Source of the DNA: an uncultured Acidobacteriota bacterium
Lineage (GTDB): Bacteria; Acidobacteriota; Thermoanaerobaculia; Gp7-AA8
Reading direction: 5' to 3'
Length of the DNA: 64,000 bases
NCBI GenBank assembly: GCA_963793695.1
Contig: CAWCBB010000016.1
Location: 268,603 to 332,602 of the forward strand
Shown: in pieces, positions 39,845 to 49,841 of the stretch
Numbering within the stretch: position 1 is the first letter of the stretch
How the letters are laid out: the number at the start of each line of letters is the position of its first letter
Notes under the pieces: model-generated
Seen by the model: the letters and a program-made list of their open reading frames with translations, nothing else
Databases searched by the model: none
What the model was told of the DNA's origin: nothing
Position numbers and translations under genes: made by a program

Positions 39845-39955
39845 CGGGACCTCTCGTGAGCTGCCGCCGAGTTTATACGAGTGGCCCCGCGGCGATCGCG
39901 CTTCAATCCTGGGCGGAAGTCTGTTACCTTCAGCCGCGCCGGCCCCCATTCGCTG

Positions 39956-41109
39956 ATGAGCCTTTCCGGACACCTCCACACCATGGCCGCGGGCCACCTC
40001 CTCCAGTGGCTCAGCTTCGGTCAGAAGACAGGCAAGCTGGTCGTCAGCAACCCGTCCGTGGAGAAGACGATTTTCGTTCAGAAGGGGAAGATCGTTTCCT
40101 CGGCCTCCACCGACCCCCGCGAGTACCTCGGCCAGTTCCTGATGAGCTACGGCTACATCGACGAGGACGAGCTCCGGAAGGCGATGGAAGTCCAGCAGCA
40201 GTCGAAGATCCTCCTCGGAAAGATCCTCGTCATCATCGAGGCGATCACCGAGGCCGATCTGAGGCGGCTGATGAAGATCAAGGCCGAGGAGGAGATCTAC
40301 GACGTCTTCCTCTGGGTCGACGGCGAGTTCCATTTCTACGACGACCAGCGCCCCGCGATGGAGTTCGTCCCGCTGAGCCTGGACGTGACGGGAATCATCA
40401 TGGAGGGCTCCCGCCGCGTGGACGAGTGGGAACGGATCCGCAAGGTGATCACGAGCGCTTCGCTCGTCCCCCTCGTGAAGAAGAAGGTGAAGATCTCCGG
40501 GCTGAACGAAGCGCAGCGGAAGATCGTCGAGCTGCGTCGACGGGCAGCGGACCATCGAGCAGATCGTGCTCGAGAGCCGCTCGTCCAACTTCGTGGTCTC
40601 CCGCACGATCGCGGAGCTGGTTGCCTCGGGGGCGATGGAGATCGCGGAGGGCGCCGGGCCCGCGGCTCCGGAAGTGCTCGAGCCGGAAGCCGCCGCCGCG
40701 CCCGTCGAGGAATTCCTCGGAAGCGAAGGGGAGATCGCCTCGCTGCTCACCCGGGCGCAAGCGGGGCTCCGCGAGGGAGACTTCGAGAAGTCCCTCCGCA
40801 TGCTGAAGGCCGCGCAGAACATCGAGCCGGACAGCCCGCGGGTGCGAAGCGCCCTGAAGGGTGCCGAGTCGCTGATCCTCGCGGAGCTGAAGAAGATCGG
40901 CATCGGCGACCAGAAGGTGCCCCACCTGCGCCGTCCGATCGAACAGCTCAGCGGGATGAATTTCTCGCCGAACGAAGGGTTCATCCTCTCGCGCATCAAC
41001 GGCCAGTGGGACGTCGAGCTCGATCGCCAAGATCAGCCCGATGCGGGAGATCGACGCGCTGCTGATCTTTCACAAGCTCGTGCGAGAGGAGATCGTGGAG
41101 CTGAGATGA
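39956..41109 (+). CDS. DUF4388 domain protein with TPR-like helix and C-terminal winged-helix-like segment; frameshifted
   Basis: MSLSGHL, QWL..GQKTG, LGQFL, IIMEG.RRVDEW, F..NEGFILSRING. Confidence 0.8.
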
Positions 41110-41222
41110 GGAGTCAGGGTGAAGGAGTCAGGGGAAAGGGAGGCACGGTGCTCGCCCGCGTCACTGTTTCGCGCCTCCCGGCTCCCGACCCTTCCCCCTG
41201 CCTGCGTCTCCCGTGACTGCTG

Positions 41223-41669
41223 ATGATCGCCGTCGACATCTCCGGCCCCGCGATTCCGCGCCTGACGCGCAAGGAGATCGAAGCCTTCGCGCGGAAGGTG
41301 CTGCGCGCGATCGAGCGCGAGCGGGGGACGACCTTCGTGCCGACCGACGTCTCGCTCGTCTTTCTGAACGATCGCGCGATGGCGGATCTCAACCGCCGCT
41401 ACCGCGGCAGACGGAGGACCACGGACGTCCTGACCTTCGCCGGCGAGGGCCTCGAGGACGTCCCCGGAGAGCGCCCTCTCGGGGACATCGCGATCTCGAT
41501 CGACCAGGCGAAGCGTCAGGCGAAGGCGGAAGGTCACGCGCTCGCGACCGAGGTGCGGTACCTGATCCTCCACGGCATGCTCCACGCGTTCGGCCACGAC
41601 CACGAGACCGACGCGGGAGAGATGAACGCGCTGGAGATGAAGGTCCGAGGCAGGGTCGGACTTCGCTGA
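41223..41669 (+). CDS. ybeY: rRNA maturation endoribonuclease YbeY
   Basis: LN..YRG....TDVLTF, LGDI.IS, HGMLHAFGHDH. Confidence 0.95.
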   Translation: MIAVDISGPAIPRLTRKEIEAFARKVLRAIERERGTTFVPTDVSLVFLNDRAMADLNRRYRGRRRTTDVLTFAGEGLEDVPGERPLGDIAISIDQAKRQAKAEGHALATEVRYLILHGMLHAFGHDHETDAGEMNALEMKVRGRVGLR

Positions 41670-41702
41670 CGGAGAACGGAGAACGGAGCACGGAGAACGG
41701 CC
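41670..41702. repeat. Single (GGAGAAC)n heptamer array filling the gap between convergent ybeY and phoH stops
   Basis: cggagaac ggagaac ggagcac ggagaac ggcc then CTA. Confidence 0.85.
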
Positions 41703-42662
41703 CTACGGCTTTGCGTCCTCGATCGCTTTCTCGTGCGCGTCGTAGGCGCGGACGATGCGGCCGACGAGCGGATGGCGGACGACGTCGCGCTCGGTGAACG
41801 CGAAGAACGAGACGCCCTCGACGTTCCGGAGGATCGCCGCCGCCTCCCGCAGCCCCGACTTCTTCCCTTCCGGGAGGTCGACCTGCGTGATGTCGCCGGT
41901 GATCACCGCCTTCGACCCGAACCCCAGCCGCGTGAGGAACATCTTCATCTGCTCGGGCGTCGTGTTCTGCGCCTCGTCCAGGATGATGAACGAGTCCGCG
42001 AGCGTGCGGCCGCGCATGAAGGCGAGCGGCGCGACTTCGATCACGCTCCGCTCCATCAGCTTCGCGACCTTCTCGAATCCCATCAGATCGTAGAGGGCGT
42101 CGTAGAGCGGCCGGAGGTACGGATTGATCTTTTCCGCGAGGTCGCCGGGAAGGAACCCGAGCTTCTCGCCGGCTTCCACGGCGGGACGGCAGAGGACGAT
42201 CCTCTTGATCTTCTTCTCGGCGAGCGCCGCCGCCGCGACGGCGACCGCGAGGAACGTCTTCCCCGTTCCGGCGGGGCCGATCGAGAACGTCATGTCGTGG
42301 TCCTGGATCGCCTGCAGGTACTCCTTCTGCCGGAGGTTCCGGGGCGTCACGATTTTCCGGAGGGATCCCTGCAGGCTCTCGTCGGTGAAGAAGTCGACGA
42401 GGTTCGCCTCGGGCGTCTCGCGCAGAACGCGGACCATCGTCTGCAGGTCCGCCTTCTTGATCGGGAACCCTCGCTCGATCAGCTCCTGCAACTCGAGCAG
42501 CACCTTCTCGGCGGCGGCGACGCTCTCCCCTTCGCCCTGCACCGAGATCTCGGAGCCGCGCGCGGTGATCCGCACCTTGAACGCGTCTTCGATGATCCGG
42601 AGGTTCTCGTCGTGAATCCCGAAGAGGGTGGTGACGTCCTGGTCCTTGACGGTGACATTCAT
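41703..42662 (-). CDS. phoH: PhoH family ATPase
   Basis: GPAGTGKT, RPAVEAGE.LGFLPGDL..K, APLAFMRGRTL, DEAQN, GDITQ.DL, VVRH.LV. Confidence 0.96.
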   Translation of the reverse strand: MNVTVKDQDVTTLFGIHDENLRIIEDAFKVRITARGSEISVQGEGESVAAAEKVLLELQELIERGFPIKKADLQTMVRVLRETPEANLVDFFTDESLQGSLRKIVTPRNLRQKEYLQAIQDHDMTFSIGPAGTGKTFLAVAVAAAALAEKKIKRIVLCRPAVEAGEKLGFLPGDLAEKINPYLRPLYDALYDLMGFEKVAKLMERSVIEVAPLAFMRGRTLADSFIILDEAQNTTPEQMKMFLTRLGFGSKAVITGDITQVDLPEGKKSGLREAAAILRNVEGVSFFAFTERDVVRHPLVGRIVRAYDAHEKAIEDAKP

Positions 42663-42746
42663 GGTTCGTTCGATTCTCCGGCCGCGGCCCCGGCCGCGGT
42701 CCCACCCTGAAACGGATCTCCGCGCCGCCCCATTTCGCCTCGCGGA

Positions 42747-43067
42747 TCAGTATCTCTTGAGCGAGCGGTCGATCTCGCCGGCCCAGCGGTCGATTCCGCC
42801 CTGAAGCGAGTATGCCTCGAATCCGGCCTGCCGCAGCGCGCGCGTCGCCAGGTACGAGCGGGAGCCGTGGTGACAGTAGACGACGACCGGCCGGTCGCGG
42901 TCGAGGTCCTGGACGCGCGCCGCGAGGGTGTGCAGAGGGATCAGCGTGTCTCCCTCGATCGCCGCGATCTCGTGCTCCCACGGATTCCGGACGTCCACGA
43001 GCTGAAGCGGCTCGCCCTTCTTTCTTCGTTCGTCGAGTTGTGCGGGTGTGATTTCGATCTCGTTCAT
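42747..43067 (-). CDS. Rhodanese-like domain protein
   Basis: LVDVR..WE, VYCHHGSRS, GGI..W. Confidence 0.9.
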   Translation of the reverse strand: MNEIEITPAQLDERRKKGEPLQLVDVRNPWEHEIAAIEGDTLIPLHTLAARVQDLDRDRPVVVYCHHGSRSYLATRALRQAGFEAYSLQGGIDRWAGEIDRSLKRY

Positions 43068-43624
43068 TTCTCTCTTCGGAAGTAGGTGATCGCGACGTTC
43101 CCGTAGCGGGAAGTCTTTTCGACGCGAAGGCGCGTGAGAGGCGGCGGGGTGAACGCTCCCTTGCCGGAGCGGTGCTCGATGGCGACGAGCGCATCCTCCG
43201 AGAGCGGAAGCTCCGCGTCGATCTGTTCGACCAGCTCGGCGTAGCGCGCATAGTCGTACGGAGGATCCGCGTAGACGAGATCGAATGCGCCTCCGCCTCG
43301 CGAGAGGCGGCGGATGGCGAGGAGCGCGTCGGAAAGCATCGTCGTGACCGGGAGGTTCCATTCACGTGCCAGACGCGACAGCAGCTCGAGGGACCGCTTC
43401 GCGTCGTCGACCGCGACGATGCGGGCCGCGCCTCGCGACGCGGCCTCGACCGAGAAGATCCCGCTTCCGCAGAAGAGATCCAGAAAGGCCGCGGCTTCGA
43501 TCCGGGGAGCGACGACGTTGAAATACGCCTCGCGCGCACGGCCGGAGGTGGGGCGGAGCTCGTACGGCGGAAGCGGAACGTTTCTTCCCCGGAGCGATCC
43601 CCCCGTCACGCGAACGGCGCCCAT
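43064..43624 (-). CDS. rsmD: 16S rRNA m2G966 methyltransferase
   Basis: RVTGG..RGR, LRPT..RAREA.FN, FLDLFCGSG, SRGA, DPPY, YG. Confidence 0.93.
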   Translation of the reverse strand: MGAVRVTGGSLRGRNVPLPPYELRPTSGRAREAYFNVVAPRIEAAAFLDLFCGSGIFSVEAASRGAARIVAVDDAKRSLELLSRLAREWNLPVTTMLSDALLAIRRLSRGGGAFDLVYADPPYDYARYAELVEQIDAELPLSEDALVAIEHRSGKGAFTPPPLTRLRVEKTSRYGNVAITYFRREK

Positions 43625-44370
43625 CAGCGATCGGTGACGGCGCCCACGAAGTAGAGGTGGAGGTCCTTGACCGGAACGAATCGGCGCACGGGCTCGCTCG
43701 TGCAGACCAGTTCCACGAACTCCCCCTTGAGGATCCGCACGACGCGATACCGTTTCTGGTCGCCTCCGAGGAGAGTGTCTCCCTCGCGCGGCTCCCAAAC
43801 GCTGATCGGATTGGTGACACCCTGATCTTCGGACAGCGCGCGGATCAGATCATCGAGGACGAGCCGCATCCGTTCGACGTTCTCCGGAATGAGGGCCGTC
43901 GCGGGGAATCGCTTTTCGACGATCTTGCCGTCGGCCGACGCGAGCCGGAGCGACACCTGATCGCCCTCCGCGCCCGGATCGATGGGGCGGAAGGAGCCGA
44001 GGTCGCAGGCAGCGAAGAATTCGCGGTACGAGGCCACCGCGTCCGGCGGCATGAGCACCTTCTTGTCGACCTGTCCCCCCACGCCGGAGAGATGGATGGC
44101 CACGACACCGTTCTCGAAGATCGACGCATGCTGGCGGACGGTGCCCAGCTGGGAGGCGTAATCGACGATCGCGGCGGGAAGCCTCCCGTCGACGAGAAGC
44201 GAGCCGTCGATCGGCATGGCGCCCGAGAGCTCCACGACGGCGTACCGGCGGAACTGGCGGGAGTCGAGGTTGGGGAGGGGCACGCTGATCGCGATCCCCT
44301 CCGACTGCGCGAGAGCCAGGGGGCTGAGCACGGCCGCAGCCAGAACGATCCACGCCGGAGCCACTCTCAT
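43624..44370 (-). CDS. Secreted hypothetical protein
   Basis: Signal peptide MRVAPAWIVLAAAVLSPLALA; stop overlaps the rsmD start; typical codon usage. Confidence 0.65.
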   Translation of the reverse strand: MRVAPAWIVLAAAVLSPLALAQSEGIAISVPLPNLDSRQFRRYAVVELSGAMPIDGSLLVDGRLPAAIVDYASQLGTVRQHASIFENGVVAIHLSGVGGQVDKKVLMPPDAVASYREFFAACDLGSFRPIDPGAEGDQVSLRLASADGKIVEKRFPATALIPENVERMRLVLDDLIRALSEDQGVTNPISVWEPREGDTLLGGDQKRYRVVRILKGEFVELVCTSEPVRRFVPVKDLHLYFVGAVTDR

Positions 44371-44374
44371 CGCG

Positions 44375-45595
44375 TCACACCCGCTCGCCCCGAAGATACT
44401 CCAACGCTCGCGCACGCGCAAAACCCAGCGCCTCCTCGATCGGGATCGTCCCGAGCGCGATCGCGCGGCGCGCGTCCCGCAGCGCGGCTCCGACGTGCGC
44501 ACCCGGCTCGACCGCGAGCTCGTCGCCGTGGAACGGGAGCGGCGTTTCCCGGTATCGCGCCTGATCGGCCGCGGCCTCGGCGGCTCGCCCGTCGAGCCGG
44601 AGCACGGCGAGCGTCTCGGCCGGTGCGTGATCGAGTTGCGCCATGCGCGCCTCGCGAAGCGGCTCGGCGGCGACTTTTTCCGCGAGCGCCTCCGCGCCGC
44701 GCAGCGAGCGGAGCGCCGCCTGACGATGCCCGGAGAGCCCCGATCCCGGAAGCACCTCCGCGCAACTGGCGCCGGGTCCGAGGAGCGCGTCGAGGAAGAG
44801 GATCTCGGCATCGAGCCCCGGCTCTTCGCGCAGCCGCTCCGCGAGGCGGAGGCGCGGCTCGCGTCCGCCCGCCCGGACCGATCCGAGAAGGTCATCGAGC
44901 GCATGCGCGGCAGCGAGCGCCTCGAGTGCCGCCGCGGCGCCTTCCTCACGCATCGCGAAGCGGAGCTCGCGCCAGAGGCGTTCCCGCGAAACGCTCGCCA
45001 GGGCGCCGGAGCCGATCGCATCGCGCAGCAGCACTCCGGTCGTCGTCTCGAGCTCGAACCCCAGGCGCGAAGCGAGGCGGAGCGCGCGGAAGATGCGTGT
45101 CGGATCGTCGAGAAAGCTCCGATCGTGGAGCACGCGCATGAGGCGCGCGCCGAGGTCGGCGCCCCCGCCGGCCGGATCGACGATCGCGCCGCTTTCCAGC
45201 TCGGACGCCATCGCATTGACGGAGAAATCGCGGCGCAGAAGATCGTCGTGGATCGTCCCCGGGCGGACGCGCGGCAGAGCGCCCGGGACGGGATACGACT
45301 CGCGTCGCGTCGTCACGACGTCGACGACCTCGCCGTCGTCGAGGAGCGCGGCGGCGGTCCGGAACTCCGCGTGCTCGACCGAGCGGCCGCCGAGGCGATC
45401 CGCCAGAGATTGCGCGAGATCGGCCGCACCGCGCTCGACGGCCAGGTCGACGTCCGTCGATGGACGGTCCAGCAGGGCGTCGCGAACCGGCCCTCCGACC
45501 AGCCACACCGGCTGGCGCCGCGCGCGTCCCCAGGATGCCGCCGCCTCCAGCACGCGGCGATGGCGCTCCGCAAACGAGCCCCGCTCCACGCTCAT
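44375..45595 (-). CDS. tRNA nucleotidyltransferase (class II, CCA or A-adding)
   Basis: VGGPVRD.LL, DVD, F.TA, DVVTTRRESY..PGALP.V, DL.RRDFSVNAMA, SF.DDPTRI.RA.R. Confidence 0.88.
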   Translation of the reverse strand: MSVERGSFAERHRRVLEAAASWGRARRQPVWLVGGPVRDALLDRPSTDVDLAVERGAADLAQSLADRLGGRSVEHAEFRTAAALLDDGEVVDVVTTRRESYPVPGALPRVRPGTIHDDLLRRDFSVNAMASELESGAIVDPAGGGADLGARLMRVLHDRSFLDDPTRIFRALRLASRLGFELETTTGVLLRDAIGSGALASVSRERLWRELRFAMREEGAAAALEALAAAHALDDLLGSVRAGGREPRLRLAERLREEPGLDAEILFLDALLGPGASCAEVLPGSGLSGHRQAALRSLRGAEALAEKVAAEPLREARMAQLDHAPAETLAVLRLDGRAAEAAADQARYRETPLPFHGDELAVEPGAHVGAALRDARRAIALGTIPIEEALGFARARALEYLRGERV

Positions 45596-46416
45596 GATCT
45601 GAGCCGATCGTAAATCGCGACGAGCCGCTCCGCGCGTCGCTCCGGCCGCCACGACTCCGCCTTCTGCCTCCCGCGCGCAATGCGCGCATCGCGCATCTCC
45701 GGCTTGAAGAGCGCCGCCAGCACCGCGTGCGCCGTCTCGTTGGGATCTCCGGGAGGAACGAGGAACCCCGCCGCTCCTCCCTCGAGCCGCTCGTGGTTCC
45801 CCGGCGATGCGACCGCCACCACGCCCCGGCCGGCCGCGAGCGCCTCCGGCACGCCGCTCTCGGCCGCGTCGTCGTCCTCCTCGGCGCCGACCCAGACATT
45901 CAGAAGGCTCATCTCCGCGGGAGCGGGCGTCCCTTCGAAGAACATCCACCGGATGTCGTCGCGGAAGCGCTCGATCCGGTGTTTCGTCCCTTCGGCGAGG
46001 GCGCGCGCGGCGCGGGACGCCGTGCAGCCGATCCGGAACGAGGTGGGCATCGCCCGCGCGGCGATCTCGAAGTAGCCGGGATCGACCGCCTCCGGCACCT
46101 CGGTCTCCGGGGTCGCGCCGAGGATCGCATCCGGCTGCCGCGTATGTCGCCACGGCAGAAAAGAGCGGCGCGCAGGCCCGGAAGAGACCACGGGAACCGC
46201 GACGGCGTCCATGACGAACGAGGGAAGGAGAGGGGGGCCGTAGACGTGGGCGACCTCCGCCCCGGAAGAGGCGACTGCGTCCCGCAGGGCCGCGAGCCCG
46301 CCGTGCGCGGGGATCGTGACGAGGTCGACCCGCGAGGCGAGGGCGGCGCGATCGAGCGCCTGCAGCCGCCGCTGCCGGGGCGCCGCGTCATCGAGCAGGA
46401 TCTGGGCGAGGCGCAT
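45592..46416 (-). CDS. Glycosyltransferase (GT-B/GT4-like, divergent)
   Basis: VPEAVDP, PEALAAG..VVA, G.LVPPGD...A.A...L. Confidence 0.7.
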   Translation of the reverse strand: MRLAQILLDDAAPRQRRLQALDRAALASRVDLVTIPAHGGLAALRDAVASSGAEVAHVYGPPLLPSFVMDAVAVPVVSSGPARRSFLPWRHTRQPDAILGATPETEVPEAVDPGYFEIAARAMPTSFRIGCTASRAARALAEGTKHRIERFRDDIRWMFFEGTPAPAEMSLLNVWVGAEEDDDAAESGVPEALAAGRGVVAVASPGNHERLEGGAAGFLVPPGDPNETAHAVLAALFKPEMRDARIARGRQKAESWRPERRAERLVAIYDRLRS

Positions 46417-46631
46417 CATTTCATTTCAATTGCAGATTGGCGATTGCATCGCGCGAAATCGAGGATGCCGTTTGACGGGGTCGTGACCTGCGACGGAGAG
46501 GGCGTCCCGCTCCGGCCCCGATCACCCAATTCCTCGATCTTCAATCTTCAATCTGCGATCAACGCGCCCCATTCTGCCATGGGACGTGGGGGCTTTCCGA
46601 TGGCGTACAATGACGTTCCTGTCCTTTTCCT

Positions 46632-47927
46632 ATGGAAACATGCGCAGTGGCAGTGGTCAGTCGACGCGAGGGTCTTCTCGAGATCCTCGAGGAACAGGGA
46701 CACGGGTTCGTATTCGGCGCGCCTGAGCTGGTGCCGGAGGCGACGATGCTGATCGCGGATCGCGATCAGCTCGCATTCCTTCCCCATCAGGGAAGTTTCG
46801 CCTGCCGGATCGTGCTCGACTCCGGCCGCGCGTTCGACGATCGCGAGGTCGGCGATCTGGTGGTCGATCCCGAAAGTTTTTCCGCGGATCCCCGGCCTGC
46901 GCTGCTGATCTGCCGGGATCTCGCGTCGTCGCGACGCCTCGTCTCGCAGCTCCTCGGGGAGCTCGAGTTCTCCCAGCACATTCAGGAGCTCGTCGCGATC
47001 GCGGACTTCGACTCGGTCTCCGAGCGGATCGTCCACACGGTCGCGCAGCTGGTCGACGCCCCCTGCGGGACGCTCCTGCTCCACGACCCCCGCATCGAGC
47101 GGTTCGTGATCGCCTTCAGCAACGATCCGGACTTTCGCGATACGGGAGAGTTCATGCCCGGAATCTCGAACGAGGTGCTCGAGGACTCTCTCGCCGCTCC
47201 GGACGGGTTCTGCGGCAGAGGAGGCGCCGTCCCGTCTCTGATCTTTCCGATTCGCACGGGACCGGATCTGATCGGCGTGTTCTGTCTGAGCGGGCGGGGG
47301 CGGCAGCAATTCGATCCTGCGCTCGCGCGGAAAGCCGTCCGCTACCTCGACGGGATCACGGTCATCCTGAGCAATCTGTTTCAGCTCACGCGCAGCAACG
47401 AGCTGGCGATGCGCGACGACCTGACCAAGGCGTACAACCGCCGCTTTTTCGAAGCCTATCTCGAGGAGGAGATCGAGCGCTCGCGGCGTTACGGGACCCT
47501 TTTCAGCATCATCTTTCTCGACCTCGACGAGCTGAAGCGGGTGAACAACATGTACGGCCATCTCGCCGGGTCCCGGACGCTCCAGGAGGTTGCGAAGCGG
47601 ATCCTCTCGGCGGTGCGCACGATCGACAAGGTCGTGCGGTTCGGGGGCGACGAGTTCTGCATCATCCTGCCCCAGACCGATCAGGAGCAGGCGCGCTCGG
47701 TCGCGAATCGCGTCCGGCGCTCCATCATCGAGGGCCCCTTCCGCATCGAGGCTGACGTGCAGGTCGAGATCACCGCGAGCTTCGGAATCGCCACTTTCCC
47801 CGTCCACGCGACGGGGAAAGAGGACCTGATCCGCCAGGCGGATGCGGCGATGTATCGCGTGAAGTCGACCACGAAGGATTCGGTGGGAATGGCGGAAATA
47901 CGCCAGCCGGGCCGCCGCCCCGCCTGA
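46632..47927 (+). CDS. Diguanylate cyclase (GAF-like plus GGDEF)
   Basis: DDLT..YNRR, D.D.LK.VN..YGH..G, RxxD I-site (RTID), RFGGDEF. Confidence 0.92.
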   Translation: METCAVAVVSRREGLLEILEEQGHGFVFGAPELVPEATMLIADRDQLAFLPHQGSFACRIVLDSGRAFDDREVGDLVVDPESFSADPRPALLICRDLASSRRLVSQLLGELEFSQHIQELVAIADFDSVSERIVHTVAQLVDAPCGTLLLHDPRIERFVIAFSNDPDFRDTGEFMPGISNEVLEDSLAAPDGFCGRGGAVPSLIFPIRTGPDLIGVFCLSGRGRQQFDPALARKAVRYLDGITVILSNLFQLTRSNELAMRDDLTKAYNRRFFEAYLEEEIERSRRYGTLFSIIFLDLDELKRVNNMYGHLAGSRTLQEVAKRILSAVRTIDKVVRFGGDEFCIILPQTDQEQARSVANRVRRSIIEGPFRIEADVQVEITASFGIATFPVHATGKEDLIRQADAAMYRVKSTTKDSVGMAEIRQPGRRPA

Positions 47928-47935
47928 CGAGCCGC

Positions 47936-49045
47936 ATGAGCGAGGACCTCACCATCCAGGGGACGCTCGCCGAAGCGACGATCCCGGACCTCTGCCGCTC
48001 GCTGATCCGGAGCGGGGAGACCGCGATCGTGGCACTCGAAGCGATCGGTCGGCACGACAGCATCTACTTCCGCGAGGGAAAGATCATCTACGCGGCGAGC
48101 TCCGATCCCGACCTGGGGCTCGCCGAGGTGCTTCTTCAACGGGGAGAGATCGGCGTCCAGGAGTACCGCCGCGCGATCGAGAGCGTCAGCGGCACGCAGC
48201 GCATCGGGTCGGTCCTCTGCGACCTCGGATATCTCAAGACGAGTGAGCTGATGCGCGCGATCGAGAGGCAGGTGTGCGACATCGTCACGCACGCCGTCTC
48301 GTTCCGGAGCGGCAGCTATCTCATCGAGTTCACGGGAGATTTCGATCGCGACGTCCCGACCCTGTCGATCCAGACCGAGCGCCTGCTCATGGACGCGATC
48401 GAGCGGATCGAGTACTGGTCCCTCATCTCCCGCGGGGTCGGATCGATGCAGCGGCTCGTCCGGAAGGAATCGACGGCGGACTCCCGCATGTACCACGTCG
48501 AGCTGACCGAGGAGGAAGCGTTTCTTCTCGACCTCCTCGCCGAGCCCCAGAGCGTCGGAGCGATCTGCGCCCGCAGCTACCTCTCGAACTTCCGGACCTG
48601 CCGTCTCATCTGGGCGCTCCTCGTCGCGAACCTCGTCGAGGATCAGGAGGGGGAGGAGCACGCAGCGCGCCGGACCGAGGTGCGCACGGAGATGGAGCTG
48701 GAATCGCTCGTCGAGAGCTACAACGCAGCGTTCCAGTCGATCTTCGCCGTCGTTTTCCAGAAGATCGGCGACGGCGCCTACGACTTCATCGACCGGGTCG
48801 TGGCCCACCTCTCGCCCGAAACCCTGCCCTACCTCATCGGGATCAACGTGACGAACGAAGGGCGCGTCGACTTCGACCAGTTGCTCAACAACCTGATCTC
48901 GTCCGGCGCCCGCGACCGCGGCGTGGTCGTCGACAACGTCCTCAACGAGCTCCTCTACGGCTGGATTTTCGAGACCCGCGCGGAGTTCGATTCCGATCTC
49001 GACGACGCGATCAATCCGATCGTCGCGGGGCTGAGGGGGAAGTAG
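47936..49045 (+). CDS. DUF4388 domain protein with extended C-terminal region
   Basis: IQGTLAEATIPDL, IYFREGKIIYA.S, LAEVLL..G.I, IG.VL..LG.L. Confidence 0.8.
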   Translation: MSEDLTIQGTLAEATIPDLCRSLIRSGETAIVALEAIGRHDSIYFREGKIIYAASSDPDLGLAEVLLQRGEIGVQEYRRAIESVSGTQRIGSVLCDLGYLKTSELMRAIERQVCDIVTHAVSFRSGSYLIEFTGDFDRDVPTLSIQTERLLMDAIERIEYWSLISRGVGSMQRLVRKESTADSRMYHVELTEEEAFLLDLLAEPQSVGAICARSYLSNFRTCRLIWALLVANLVEDQEGEEHAARRTEVRTEMELESLVESYNAAFQSIFAVVFQKIGDGAYDFIDRVVAHLSPETLPYLIGINVTNEGRVDFDQLLNNLISSGARDRGVVVDNVLNELLYGWIFETRAEFDSDLDDAINPIVAGLRGK

Positions 49046-49097
49046 GAAGGAGGAAGTGGGGGCTCGCCCCCCTGCTGCTTTACAATGCCCCCCGGCC

Positions 49098-49775
49098 ATG
49101 CCCCGCGCTCTCTTTCTCCTCATCGCCCTGGTCCTCGCCGCCTGCGCCACGACGGCGCCCGGACTCCCGGCGCAGCCGAACGAGCGGGAGTGGACCGCGC
49201 TCCAGAAAGAGTACGACGCGATCGCGGCGCTCCGGACCGCGCTCCCGCGGGCTCCCGCCGGGGCGAGCCGGAAGGCGATCCTCGAGCTCCACCTCGAGAA
49301 CCAGAAGCAGATCGAGCCGCGCCTCGAGCCGTTTCTCGGCCGGGCGCGCGAGTACCTCGACCGCACCGGCGACGCGCGCGCAGCGCGCCTCCTCGCGAAT
49401 GAGTGGATCCGCCTGGGCGACTCCTACATGATGGTCCTCGCGCGCCACGACCGTGCAGTCGAGCTCTACAGGCGCGCCGCCGAGATCGATCCGTCCAACT
49501 CGGCGGTCGCCGGACGCGTCGCCCTGGCCGAAAAACGACGCCACGTGTCGATGGACGACTTCGCCGCGATTCGCAGCGGCATGCGCGAAGCGGACGTCGA
49601 GCAGAAGATCGGCATCCCCCGCGAGGACTGGATCAAGCATCTGCGCGAGGGAGAGCGCTTCTTCTCGGTCTGGATCTATCTCCGTTCGGACGGCGGCGCG
49701 GCCGCGGTCTACTTCGAGAACGGGATCGTTTACCATACGAACTGGAACGCGGCGGCGCCCCAGGCGTCGCCCTGA
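49098..49775 (+). CDS. TPR-containing lipoprotein with BamE/SmpA-like C-terminus
   Basis: Lipobox LAAC, LGDSY...A..LY.RA.E.DP.N, IRSGM..ADV...IG.P. Confidence 0.7.
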   Translation: MPRALFLLIALVLAACATTAPGLPAQPNEREWTALQKEYDAIAALRTALPRAPAGASRKAILELHLENQKQIEPRLEPFLGRAREYLDRTGDARAARLLANEWIRLGDSYMMVLARHDRAVELYRRAAEIDPSNSAVAGRVALAEKRRHVSMDDFAAIRSGMREADVEQKIGIPREDWIKHLREGERFFSVWIYLRSDGGAAAVYFENGIVYHTNWNAAAPQASP

Positions 49776-49841
49776 CGAGAGGCCCCGCGCGGCGGAGGCC
49801 GGCGAGCGCTGGCGCGCGCTCGAGGTGAGGGAGGGGAAGTC

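Noticed and set aside
41110-41222. Purine-rich/pyrimidine-rich inverted segments (ggagtcagg repeats) between the DUF4388 gene and ybeY
   Set aside because: Probably a decayed member of the inverted-array family, but too degenerate to delimit as a separate feature.
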